This document shows, piece by piece, positions 10,172-19,600 of a stretch of DNA of 64,000 nucleotides. Below the pieces are notes generated by a model that was not told the DNA's origin, ran no database searches, and was given only the letters and a program-made list of their open reading frames with translations. Position 1 is the stretch's first letter, and each line of letters starts with the position of its first letter. A program made the translations under genes and the position numbers. The DNA lies in NCBI GenBank assembly GCA_025656675.1, contig JAHXHN010000007.1, positions 5,040 through 69,039 of the forward strand, read 5' to 3'. This DNA comes from Candidatus Thiodiazotropha sp. (ex Codakia rugifera) (GTDB taxonomy: Bacteria; Pseudomonadota; Gammaproteobacteria; Chromatiales; Chromatiaceae).

Positions 10172-10980
10172 ATATGAATGTCAACCTGGCTGCAGCCAAT
10201 AAAATTGAAGACCCCGCTTATAGTGCTCCCGTTAAACTCGGTGTCAGTGATCTGACCATCAGGTATGGTGGCACACCAGCGCTGAGTGGGGTCAATCTGG
10301 AAGTACGGGAACATGAAATTTTCGGCATTATCGGACCTGCCAATGCCGGAAAAACCTCTTTTCTTAAAACATTGAATCGAATGGATACTTTCAACACCAA
10401 CATGTCGGTTGAAGGCGAAATTCTGTTCAATGGACTCAATGTGCAAAACCTTAAAAACATCTATGCCTTGCGCAGCCGCATCGGTGTGGTATTCCCCTTG
10501 CCTGTCGGATTACCACTGACAATTTACGAAAACGTCGCACTTTCGCCTCGACTGCGCGGTATAAGGAGAAAAAGCGAACTCGATGTAATCGTTGAACGTT
10601 GCCTGAGCAGGGCTGCACTCTGGGATGAAGTCAAAGACAGACTTGATTCTCTCGGAAGTCTGCTTTCGGGAGGGCAGCAGCAAAGACTGACCATTGCCCG
10701 AGCACTTTCACAGGAACCCGACCTGTTGATGTTGGACGAATTCTCTATCGCGGTAGACCCGGTCACGACCATGCGTATAGAGGATGTTCTGAAAGAGTTG
10801 AAGCATGATATGACGATCATTCTAGTAACCAATCTGGTACAACAAGCGCGCCGCCTGGCAGATCGAACTGCCTTCTTTCTCGAAGGCGAATGTGTGGAAG
10901 TCGGCATTACGGAAGATCTATTTACAGGCGAGGTTCAAGATCAAAGAACCCGAGACTATGTCGAAGGTAAATTCGGCTAA
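10165..10980 (+). CDS. pstB: PstB-like ABC ATPase with canonical LSGGQ signature but noncanonical Walker A (GPANAGKTS) and no H-loop histidine (VTNLVQQ)
   Basis: ABC signature LSGGQQQRL and Walker B LLMLDEF are present. Where the second copy reads IVTHNMAQA, this copy reads LVTNLVQQA. Overlaps the pstA stop. Confidence 0.85.
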   Translation: MVDMNVNLAAANKIEDPAYSAPVKLGVSDLTIRYGGTPALSGVNLEVREHEIFGIIGPANAGKTSFLKTLNRMDTFNTNMSVEGEILFNGLNVQNLKNIYALRSRIGVVFPLPVGLPLTIYENVALSPRLRGIRRKSELDVIVERCLSRAALWDEVKDRLDSLGSLLSGGQQQRLTIARALSQEPDLLMLDEFSIAVDPVTTMRIEDVLKELKHDMTIILVTNLVQQARRLADRTAFFLEGECVEVGITEDLFTGEVQDQRTRDYVEGKFG

Positions 10981-11013
10981 TTCACAAACATTAACCCCTA
11001 TGAAGATCTCAAC

Positions 11014-11814
11014 ATGAATGCCACTGCAAAAGCCATGAGTGAACCGGTAGCGGAATATGCCATTCGAACCAGTAAACTCAATCTCTGGTACGGTACCTTT
11101 CAAGCACTTTTCGATGTTGATCTCAACATCTGCAATGGCATGATTACTTCTTTGATCGGGCCATCAGGTTGCGGGAAATCCACCCTTCTCCGTAGTGTAA
11201 ATCGTATCAATGAAAGACTTGGTTATGTGCGAATCGAGGGCAATATCGATGTCATGGATAAAAACATCTATGACCCTGATGTTGAACTGGTACAGGTACG
11301 CAAGCAGATCGGGATGGTTTTCCAAAGGCCCAATCCACTACCCATCTCGATACGGGATAATATTCTGTTTGGACACAGGATACATAATAAAGACCTTAAG
11401 TCATCGAAAAGCGATCAGAATGAAATTGTTGAATCGGCACTAAAGCAAGTGCTTCTATGGGACAAGGTGAAAGATCGCCTCAATCAAAAGGGAACGGAAC
11501 TCTCCCTGGAAGAACAGCAAAAACTCTGTATTGCCCGACTCCTACCGGTCAAACCCAGCGTATTGTTAATGGATGAGCCCTGCTCAGCACTCGATCCTAA
11601 AGGTACGGCAGCCGTAGAAGAGCTGATCTGGGAACTGCGTGGTGAATACACAATCCTTATTGTCACACATAATATGGCACAAGCCAGACGGGCCAGTGAA
11701 GAGTGTATTTTTATGTTGATGGGTAAAGTGGTCGAACATCAGGCTACGGAAGATCTATTCGTCACACCAGAACAAAAAGAAACTGCCGATTATATTGAGG
11801 GGCGATATGGATAG
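11014..11814 (+). CDS. pstB: PstB ABC ATPase with canonical Walker A, Walker B and H-loop but degenerate signature motif (LSLEEQQKL)
   Basis: Contains GPSGCGKST, LLMDEPCSALDP and IVTHNMAQA, and ends in the PstB-typical C-terminus ...DYIEGRYG. The signature reads LSLEEQQKL where LSGGQQQRL is expected. Confidence 0.9.
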   Translation: MNATAKAMSEPVAEYAIRTSKLNLWYGTFQALFDVDLNICNGMITSLIGPSGCGKSTLLRSVNRINERLGYVRIEGNIDVMDKNIYDPDVELVQVRKQIGMVFQRPNPLPISIRDNILFGHRIHNKDLKSSKSDQNEIVESALKQVLLWDKVKDRLNQKGTELSLEEQQKLCIARLLPVKPSVLLMDEPCSALDPKGTAAVEELIWELRGEYTILIVTHNMAQARRASEECIFMLMGKVVEHQATEDLFVTPEQKETADYIEGRYG

Positions 11815-12703
11815 GATGCGAATTAATCTGATAAGTATAGGTACTTTATTTGTCTGTCTACTCTCAACATCATTGCTTGTGCAGGCACAACGCATCCCAA
11901 TTCAAAACCGCGGATCGGACAGCATGGCGATCGCTGTATCGGCTTGGTCAGAAGCCTACCAGAAAATCGACCCTGAAGTGGGTATTGCCGTATCCGGAGG
12001 CGGTAGTGGAACCGGAATTGCGGCATTGATCAATGGTTTGGTCGATATCGCCAATGCCAGTCGACCACTCACAGCCAAAGAGCTTATGTTGGCAAAGAAA
12101 GCGCAAAGAGATCCCATGGAACATATTGTGGGCTATGATGCAGTTGCCATCTATCTGCACAGGGACAATCCGTTAAAGGCACTTTCATTTGCTCAGTTAG
12201 GTGGCCTATTTGGTCGGGGTGGCGCCACTTCAATATGGACAGACCTTGGAATCGAAGTACCCGGTTGTAAAGATCAGAAGGTCATTCTTGTCAGCAGACA
12301 AAGCAGTTCCGGTACCTATGCCTATTTTCGTAAGAAAATCATAGGAGAAAAATACCGGAATAAATACAAGCCTGAAATATTGAGCACTCAGTCATCCAAG
12401 GATTTGGTGGAACTTGTTGGAAATACACCCTGCGCAATTGGGTACAGTAGTTATGCTTACCAGACACCGGAAGTCAAAGCTGTATGTCTCTTACAGCAAG
12501 AGACTGAGAGTTGTTTGCAGGATGCAGCAGAGCGTGCTTCGGGAGAGACCGCCTACCCTTTGATCAGACCCCTGTACATGTACACAGATGGAGAGCCTAA
12601 CGGTAAGATTAAAGCGTATATTAATTGGGTGCTCAGTAAAGAGGGACAATGCGTTCTGTCAGGGTTGAACTACACGCCTGTACATAAAGAAGATTGTCAA
12701 TAA
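11795..12703 (+). CDS. pstS: second PstS-family phosphate-binding protein (paralog)
   Basis: Signal peptide plus the motif AVSGGGSGTGIAALINGLVDIANASR. About 60% identical to the first pstS by eye. The true start may be an internal Met at 11807 or 11816. Confidence 0.85.
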   Translation: MRGDMDRMRINLISIGTLFVCLLSTSLLVQAQRIPIQNRGSDSMAIAVSAWSEAYQKIDPEVGIAVSGGGSGTGIAALINGLVDIANASRPLTAKELMLAKKAQRDPMEHIVGYDAVAIYLHRDNPLKALSFAQLGGLFGRGGATSIWTDLGIEVPGCKDQKVILVSRQSSSGTYAYFRKKIIGEKYRNKYKPEILSTQSSKDLVELVGNTPCAIGYSSYAYQTPEVKAVCLLQQETESCLQDAAERASGETAYPLIRPLYMYTDGEPNGKIKAYINWVLSKEGQCVLSGLNYTPVHKEDCQ

Positions 12704-12923
12704 ATTCAGCCAGTACCCTAATTATAATAACAAAACTCAGCTTATTACCCTGTTACTTTTCAAACGAATATTTTGATTCTGTCAGCTAGAGTCGGACGGA
12801 TTGGGATCATCTGTTTTTTATATGACAGTTCGGCCGAGATCGCATATTGCCAAGTCAAATAAAAAACCAAGTAATATAGTCTACTATTTGGGTGAGGTAT
12901 CCCCTATTCCCTGGAGGCCAAGC

Positions 12924-13157
12924 ATGAGTAATCAGGTACAGGTCAGTCTGGATCAAGCCGTATATGATCGTCTTCTGCAACTGCAGGTTCCCCCCTACAA
13001 TGACATCAACTCAGTCATTGAGCGTCTGCTTTTTCACACTGGTCGTAAGAGTAACGAGGCCCTACAGCTTGAAGCGGAAGAACGCCATTTCAGTTTTGAA
13101 GAGGAAGTGCAGAGAGAAATGGATGGTGTATACGCTGGTTCCGGCATCTCAACTTAA
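12924..13157 (+). CDS. small hypothetical protein, possible ribbon-helix-helix DNA-binding fold
   Basis: The internal start of ORF 12801..13157 is preceded by GGAGG. The segment VQVSLDQAVYDRLLQLQV...NDINSVIERLL resembles an RHH strand-helix-helix pattern. Weak. Confidence 0.3.
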   Translation: MSNQVQVSLDQAVYDRLLQLQVPPYNDINSVIERLLFHTGRKSNEALQLEAEERHFSFEEEVQREMDGVYAGSGIST

Positions 13158-13302
13158 TCAGAGGGAATTACAAGGCCAGGGAAGGCTTAATAATGTGTGA
13201 TCGGCGATGGCTGGTATTCCCATCAATTATTTTGTGATCGAGAATCGGGTTATCTCATATTGCCTTAAATTATTCCCGGTCTTTTGATCCTTTAATATTT
13301 AA

Positions 13303-13668
13303 TTAATGTTCTCCTTTGGTACGACGTATCCCTGCCAATCGGTTACCCTGTTTCTGGGGACCTCCCTTGGGAAAAATGTCATGTAAATAGCGGTTATTGC
13401 CACGTTCAGGTCCCCAGGTATTTTTAAAGTGCTTAATCATGTCACGAACCTGGGCTTGCACACGGTGTTCTTCATAGTAAGCCTTGATGTAGTAGATCAC
13501 CTCCCAGTGATCCTTAGTCAATACCAAACCCTCCTTTTCAGCCAGGGCCACGGCGAAGGCCTCAGACCACTCATCCATTTTCTGAATATAACCTTCCTGG
13601 TCAGTAGCTACCTTGACACCATTGACATCTAAATATTCAACACGGATTGCGTATGGATTTGTACTCAT
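13303..13668 (-). CDS. DsrC/TusE-family protein lacking both conserved C-terminal cysteines
   Basis: KDHWEVIYYIKAYYEEHRVQAQVRDMIKHFKNTWGPERGNNRYLHDIFPKGGPQKQGNRLAGIRRTKGEH aligns with the DsrC/TusE core. The protein ends without the conserved CxxxxxxxxxxC-terminal cysteines. Lies 66 nt downstream of narI on the same strand. Start taken at the internal Met. Confidence 0.7.
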   Translation of the reverse strand: MSTNPYAIRVEYLDVNGVKVATDQEGYIQKMDEWSEAFAVALAEKEGLVLTKDHWEVIYYIKAYYEEHRVQAQVRDMIKHFKNTWGPERGNNRYLHDIFPKGGPQKQGNRLAGIRRTKGEH

Positions 13669-13734
13669 AGAGACAGCCTCTCGACAGGGTCGTGGGGGAC
13701 TCACGTCCCCCACGGTTTCATCAATTGTTTGTGC

Positions 13735-14433
13735 TTAGTTCATAGGTATCCGTTTGACACGAACAATCTGATAGGCACGACCGAGGTAACTAAACGGTAC
13801 GCTCCAAACATGAACCAGACGGGTAAACGGAAAAATCAGAAACACGGTCATCCCGAAGAATATATGGATCTTGAAAATCGTTGAGACTCCCTGAACCAGA
13901 CTCGGCTCTGCACTCAGGGTGGCCACACTTTTAACCCATTCAGTGAGCACTATCATCTGCGAGACATCACCATGGGAAGCATGACCTGATGAGACGAGAA
14001 TCGTGCTCAGACCCAGCGTGACGGTTACCAACAACCAGCCGATTACAAAGGTATCACGTGTACGACTGGTGGCTTTAATACGCGGGTTGCTGACGCGGCG
14101 ATAAAACAACATGGCGGCACCAACAAGGCACACAATGCCAAAGATGCCGCCAGCATAGATGGCGAGGTACTGATGTGCAACATCTGAGATGCCCATAGCG
14201 AGAAACCAGCTGTGTGGCAACAGCATACCGGCCAGATGACCAAAGAAGATACCCAGTATACCTATGTGGAACAGGTTACTGGCCAGGCGCATATTTTTAT
14301 TGCTGAGCAGTTGGCTGGAGTCGGTCTTCCATGTGTACTGCTCACGATCAAAGCGAATCCAGCTTCCCAGAAGAAAAATGGTCCCTGCCAGATAGGGGTA
14401 GGCTCCGAAAATAAAGTCATGAAGTGTCATCAT
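13735..14433 (-). CDS. narI: respiratory nitrate reductase gamma subunit NarI
   Basis: Five-TM cytochrome b with a NarI-like N-terminus (MMTLHDFIFGAYPYLAGTIFLLGSWIRFDREQYTWKTDSSQLL). Confidence 0.9.
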   Translation of the reverse strand: MMTLHDFIFGAYPYLAGTIFLLGSWIRFDREQYTWKTDSSQLLSNKNMRLASNLFHIGILGIFFGHLAGMLLPHSWFLAMGISDVAHQYLAIYAGGIFGIVCLVGAAMLFYRRVSNPRIKATSRTRDTFVIGWLLVTVTLGLSTILVSSGHASHGDVSQMIVLTEWVKSVATLSAEPSLVQGVSTIFKIHIFFGMTVFLIFPFTRLVHVWSVPFSYLGRAYQIVRVKRIPMN

Positions 14434-14446
14434 TTCGATTCTCTCC

Positions 14447-14962
14447 TCAGGCGGCCTGGGCTAAAGTGCCACGATTTTCAACGATACGAATCAGCTGTGC
14501 ATAGGGACTCTCCTTCTTCTCCAGGTTCTCCGCCAGCACTTTCAGTACTTTGACGGCGTCTCCCAGAAAAACCCGCGCCTGCATATCGTCCAGGGTCGAT
14601 ACAAACTCAAGTATCAGCGGCAGATAGTCGGGGATTTCACCTTTCTCCAACTCCAACCCCATGCCCTTGTAATACTCTGACAGGTCAATCAGGGCCGGCC
14701 CACGTCCTCGATCGTCACCGAACAGGTGGTGAGTCAGATGCAGATCGTGCTCTGGCGTCATATCGAAGGTTTGTACATAAATCCCCTGCAGTCCGGTCAG
14801 ATCATGTGATTGCATCCAGGTTATTAGCTGCATCAAAGTATCTCGCTCCTGCTCACTGATACCCGGATCTCCTTTTAACAGGCTGATGATCTCCGGCATA
14901 TTCTCCAGTAACACTTCATCTGGATAATCGAGCAGCCGCGCCAAAATAGTGTAGATATGCAT
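14447..14962 (-). CDS. narJ: nitrate reductase molybdenum cofactor assembly chaperone NarJ
   Basis: NarJ/TorD-family sequence lying between narH and narI. Confidence 0.85.
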   Translation of the reverse strand: MHIYTILARLLDYPDEVLLENMPEIISLLKGDPGISEQERDTLMQLITWMQSHDLTGLQGIYVQTFDMTPEHDLHLTHHLFGDDRGRGPALIDLSEYYKGMGLELEKGEIPDYLPLILEFVSTLDDMQARVFLGDAVKVLKVLAENLEKKESPYAQLIRIVENRGTLAQAA

Positions 14963-14976
14963 GAATTTTCTCCTGC

Positions 14977-16524
14977 CTAATCTTTTTTACGTGGCATGAT
15001 GCCCTGTGGGGTATATGTGCGCTTGCGTGGTGTCGGAAACAGGCTGACACCCGGACCGCTGCCCTGGGAACTGATGTTACCGGGAGCAAAGCCATTCTGA
15101 CCCTGAAAAGCATATGGATCCTCTTGAGCCATCTCTTCGTGAGAGGTCGGTATGACGAAACGATCCTCGTAGTTGGCAATACCCAGCAACTGGTACATGG
15201 CCTCGGCCTGAGACTCGTTGAGTCCGACTGACTCCAAGACCGCTGTATTCGGCTTGCCATCAACCTCCTTGGAACGCTGGTTACTGCGCATCGCCATCAT
15301 CCGGTTAAGTGCATTGATGATCGGACCCTCATCACCTGCGGTTAGAAGATTGGCCAGGTAGCGTGCAGGAAAGCGCAGTGTCTCGGCTTTGGGCATCACG
15401 CCATCCGCCTCAGTGGGTAGATTGCCCTGGTCAATCTGGCTCTGCACAGGTGATAGCGGGGGGACATACCACATCATGGGCAGGGTGCGGAATTCCGGAT
15501 GGATGGGAAAAGCGATCTTCCACTCCATTGCCATTTTGTAGACCGGTGAGTTTTGAGCTGCATCGAGCCAGGTCTGCGGAACGCCATCTTCCAGTGCCTG
15601 TTTGATCACCTTGGGATCATGGGGGTCGAGGAAGATATCTAGCTGGGACTGATAGAGATTCTTATTGTCATCGGTTCCGGCGGCATCACTGATCTTGTCT
15701 GCATCGTAGAGTACGACACCGATATAGCGGATACGTCCGACACAGGATTCGGCACAGGCTGTAGGTATCCCCGATTCGATACGCGGGTAGCAGAGAATGC
15801 ACTTCTCCGACTTGCCTGATTCCCAGTTGTAGTAGATCTTTTTGTAGGGACAGGCGCTGACACACATGCGCCAACCACGACAGCGGTCCTGATCGATCAA
15901 GACTGCACCGTCCTCATCGCGTTTATAGATGGCGCCGGATGGACAGCTTGCTACGCAGGCTGGATTCAGGCAGTGATTACATAAACGGGGCAGATACATA
16001 TGGAAGGTCTTTTCAAAGTCCTTGTACATCTGTTTCTGGATGCCCTCGAAGTTCTTATCCTTCGCACGCTCGTCGAATTCACCCGCCAGATCATCTTCCC
16101 AATTCGGACCCCAATGGATTTTTTCCATCTGTTCGCCGGTGATCATGGAGATTGGACGCGCAGTGGGGGCTGCCTCGGAGAGTTCCTTGTTCTGCAGTTT
16201 TGGATAATCGAAATCGAACGGTTCGTAGTAATCGTCAATCTCAGGCATATCCGGGTTGGCAAAAAGATTCAATAATTTACTGATACGGCCACCCGCCTTC
16301 AGTTCCAACTCACCATTCTTCTTCTCCCAGCCACCGTTCCACTTGTTCTGATTCTCCCACTCCTTGGGAAAACCGATACCCGGTTTACTCTCCACGTTGT
16401 TGAACCAGGCATATTCCACCCCCTTGCGATTGGTCCAGATATTTTTACAAGTCACTGAACAGGTGTGGCAACCAATGCACTTGTCCAGATTCAGGACCAT
16501 GGAGATTTGTGCACGTATTTTCAT
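14977..16524 (-). CDS. narH: respiratory nitrate reductase beta subunit NarH
   Basis: N-terminus MKIRAQISMVLNLDKCIGCHTCSVTCKNIW plus multiple Fe-S Cys clusters. About 515 aa. Confidence 0.95.
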   Translation of the reverse strand: MKIRAQISMVLNLDKCIGCHTCSVTCKNIWTNRKGVEYAWFNNVESKPGIGFPKEWENQNKWNGGWEKKNGELELKAGGRISKLLNLFANPDMPEIDDYYEPFDFDYPKLQNKELSEAAPTARPISMITGEQMEKIHWGPNWEDDLAGEFDERAKDKNFEGIQKQMYKDFEKTFHMYLPRLCNHCLNPACVASCPSGAIYKRDEDGAVLIDQDRCRGWRMCVSACPYKKIYYNWESGKSEKCILCYPRIESGIPTACAESCVGRIRYIGVVLYDADKISDAAGTDDNKNLYQSQLDIFLDPHDPKVIKQALEDGVPQTWLDAAQNSPVYKMAMEWKIAFPIHPEFRTLPMMWYVPPLSPVQSQIDQGNLPTEADGVMPKAETLRFPARYLANLLTAGDEGPIINALNRMMAMRSNQRSKEVDGKPNTAVLESVGLNESQAEAMYQLLGIANYEDRFVIPTSHEEMAQEDPYAFQGQNGFAPGNISSQGSGPGVSLFPTPRKRTYTPQGIMPRKKD

Positions 16525-16617
16525 AATTTGTTCCTCAAAATTCTTTCGCTGCCGGTGGCATGGGAGTGAGGGCTATCATCAGCCCCCCCTATTCCCTGTG
16601 CCGTTACGATCAAAAAC

Positions 16618-19600
16618 TCAGTTGTTGATTCCTGGAGGATTGAGTTGGGATTCACGTTTAGCCGTCAGCGGACGTTCAAGCCAATCCACATCGCCATCCT
16701 TGATTTTATGAATCACGACGTACTCATCACGCTGTGAACCGACAGTGCCGTAGTAGTTGAAAGCGTAAGAGAGTTGGGCATAGCCACCAATCATATGGGT
16801 AGGTTTAGGCACGATACGTGTCACGCTATTGAGAATACCGCCACGTTTACCGGTGGTATTGGAACCCGGTACGTTCACGTGTTTCTCCTGGGCGTGATAC
16901 ATGAAGGCCGCACCACTGGGTATGCGCTGACTGACCACCACCCTGGCCACAGTGGCGCCGTTGCCATTGATCGCCTCTACCCAGTCGTTATCCTTAAGAC
17001 CTATGGATTTGGCATCAACCTCCGCCACCCACATATAAGGACCGCCACGGAACAGTGTCAGCATGCGCAGGTTGTCCTGATAGGTGGAGTGGATACCCCA
17101 CTTGGAGTGAGGCGTGATCCAGTTGAGAGTCAGGTGTGGTTTGCTCTTTACTTTGTCCGGTACATTTTCGTGTGTCTTAAGATCGACAGGAGGACGGAAT
17201 GCGCACAAGCCCTCACCGAAATCGAGCATCCACTCATGATCCAGGTAGAACTGGGCACGCCCGGTCAGGGTGCGTAGTGGGATATGCTCATGGACATTGG
17301 TCCAGCAGGCGTTGTAACTCACCTCTTCCGATTCAATTCCAGACCAGGTCGGTGCGGTGATGATCTTGCGTGGTTGGGCCTGAATGTCCCGATATCGTAT
17401 CTTCTCGTCCTTGCGTGAATCGCACAGGTGATTGTGATCGATGCCGGTTTTTCTACCCAGGGCTTTCCAGGACTTGTGAGCAACCTCGCCATTGGTCTCC
17501 GGTGCCATCTGCAGTACCGAATCACAGACATAAATATCCTCTTCCAGAGATGGCAAACCCTGGCTGACGCCCTCTTCCTTGATCACACCATTGAGTTCCT
17601 TAAGTTGCTCGTATTCCACCTCGGTGTTCCAATCCAGACCCTTCACTCCATTTCCGATCTTGGTCATTAACGGCCCAAGAGAGGTGTATTTCTTGTAGGT
17701 GTTGGTGTAATCACGCTCCACCACCTTCAGCAGGGGCAATGTCTTACCCGGTACGGGTTCGCACTCACCTCGCTTCCAGTCCTTGACTTCACCCAGAGGC
17801 TGAGCCAGCGCCATGGGGCTATCGTGTTGCATGGGAAGCGCCACCACGTCCTTACGGGTACCCAGATGGGTTTCTGCCAGTTCGGAGAATTTCTTGGCAA
17901 TGGTCTTGAAGATCTGCCAGTCGGACCTGGACTCCCAGGCCGGATCTACTGCAGCATCCAGTGGATGTACAAAGGGATGCATGTCGGTGGTATTCAGGTC
18001 ACTCTTCTCATACCAGGTCGCCGTTGGCAGGATGATGTCGGAGTAGGCGCCGGTGGAATTGAGACGAAAGTTGATATCCACCATCAGATCAAGCTTGCCA
18101 ACCGGAGCCTCTTTTCGGAAGACGATCTCTTTGGAGTCAGCTCCGATGTTAGCCTCCTGCATGACACCGTTTTGCGCACCCATCAGGTGCTTGAGGAAAT
18201 ACTCGTGACCCTTGGCTGAGCAGCCCAGCAAGTTGGCGCGCCAGACAAACAGGTTACGTGGATGGTTCTCCGGTGCATCGATGTCTTCACTGGCAAATGT
18301 AAGATCACCGCTCTTGATTTGATCAACCATATATTTGGCCACACCTGACTCATCGGTAGCACCGGCCTTTTCGGCTTCATCCACGATATCCATTGGATTC
18401 TTATTGAAGTGCGGCGCGGATGGCCCCCAACCCAGACGCTGGGAGACGACGTTATAGTCAGCTAAGCTGTAGCCCTTGTAGCGACCCTTGGCAGTGGACG
18501 CCATAAGCTCATCGGCATTGACTGTTTCATAACGCCACTGATCGGTATGAAAATACCAGTAGGTGGTAGAGGCCATATGACGGGGTGGACGGTGCCAATC
18601 CAGACCGAAGGCAATAGGCGCCCAACCAGCCTGGGGTCGCAGCTTCTCCTGCCCCACATAGTGAGCCCAACCACCACCGGATTGCCCAACACAACCGCAC
18701 ATGTGCAGCAGGTTCATGATGCCACGGTAGTTCATGTCGTTGTGGTACCAATGGTTAATTGCGGCACCAAGGATGACCATCGACTTGCCGTGAGTCTTTG
18801 ATGCATTATCAGCGAACTCGCGGCCGGTGCGCTCCAGGTCGGCACGTTTAACACCGGTAACTTTTTCTGCCCAAGCCGGGGTATAGGGCACTGACTCATC
18901 GTCGTAGGATGTGGCCAGGTCATCACCCAGCCCCCGATCAATACCGTACTGAGCCACCTGCAGATCGAACACGGAGGTGACCATGACTGTTTCACCAGAA
19001 GCCAGCTTGAGTTTACGCACCGGTATGTTACGCATAAGAACGTCACCCTCACCCGGGGTGAAGTGGGGGAAGGCAACCGATACCACATCATCACTACCGT
19101 CGATACAGGAGAGTTCTGCCTCGATTACAGACTGGTCTACAGCATTCTTCTCCAGCAGGTTCCACTTACCCTCCTCGCCCCAACGGAATCCCACTGAACC
19201 ATTGGGCACTACAAAGGCCTCACTCTTGGTGTCGTAGACCACTGTTTTCCACTCGGGATTATTCGACTCGCCCATATTGTTGGAAAAGTCCGAGGCGCGC
19301 AGAAAACGATCCGATATATAACGATCCCCATCCTTTCGCAGCATCACCTGCATTGGCAGATCAGTGTACTTACGTGCATATTCAGTGAAATATGGGTCCT
19401 GTTTGTCGACATGGAACTCCTTCAGTGCCACATGACCCATGGCCAGAAAAGCAGCGGAATCGGTGCCCTGTTTGACCGGCATCCAGAGGTCGGCAAACTT
19501 CACATACTCAGCGTAGTCCGGGGCCATGGAGACTACCTTGGTTCCGTTATAGCGGGACTCGATAGCAAAGTGGGCATCTGGGGTGCGGGTCATAGGCAGG

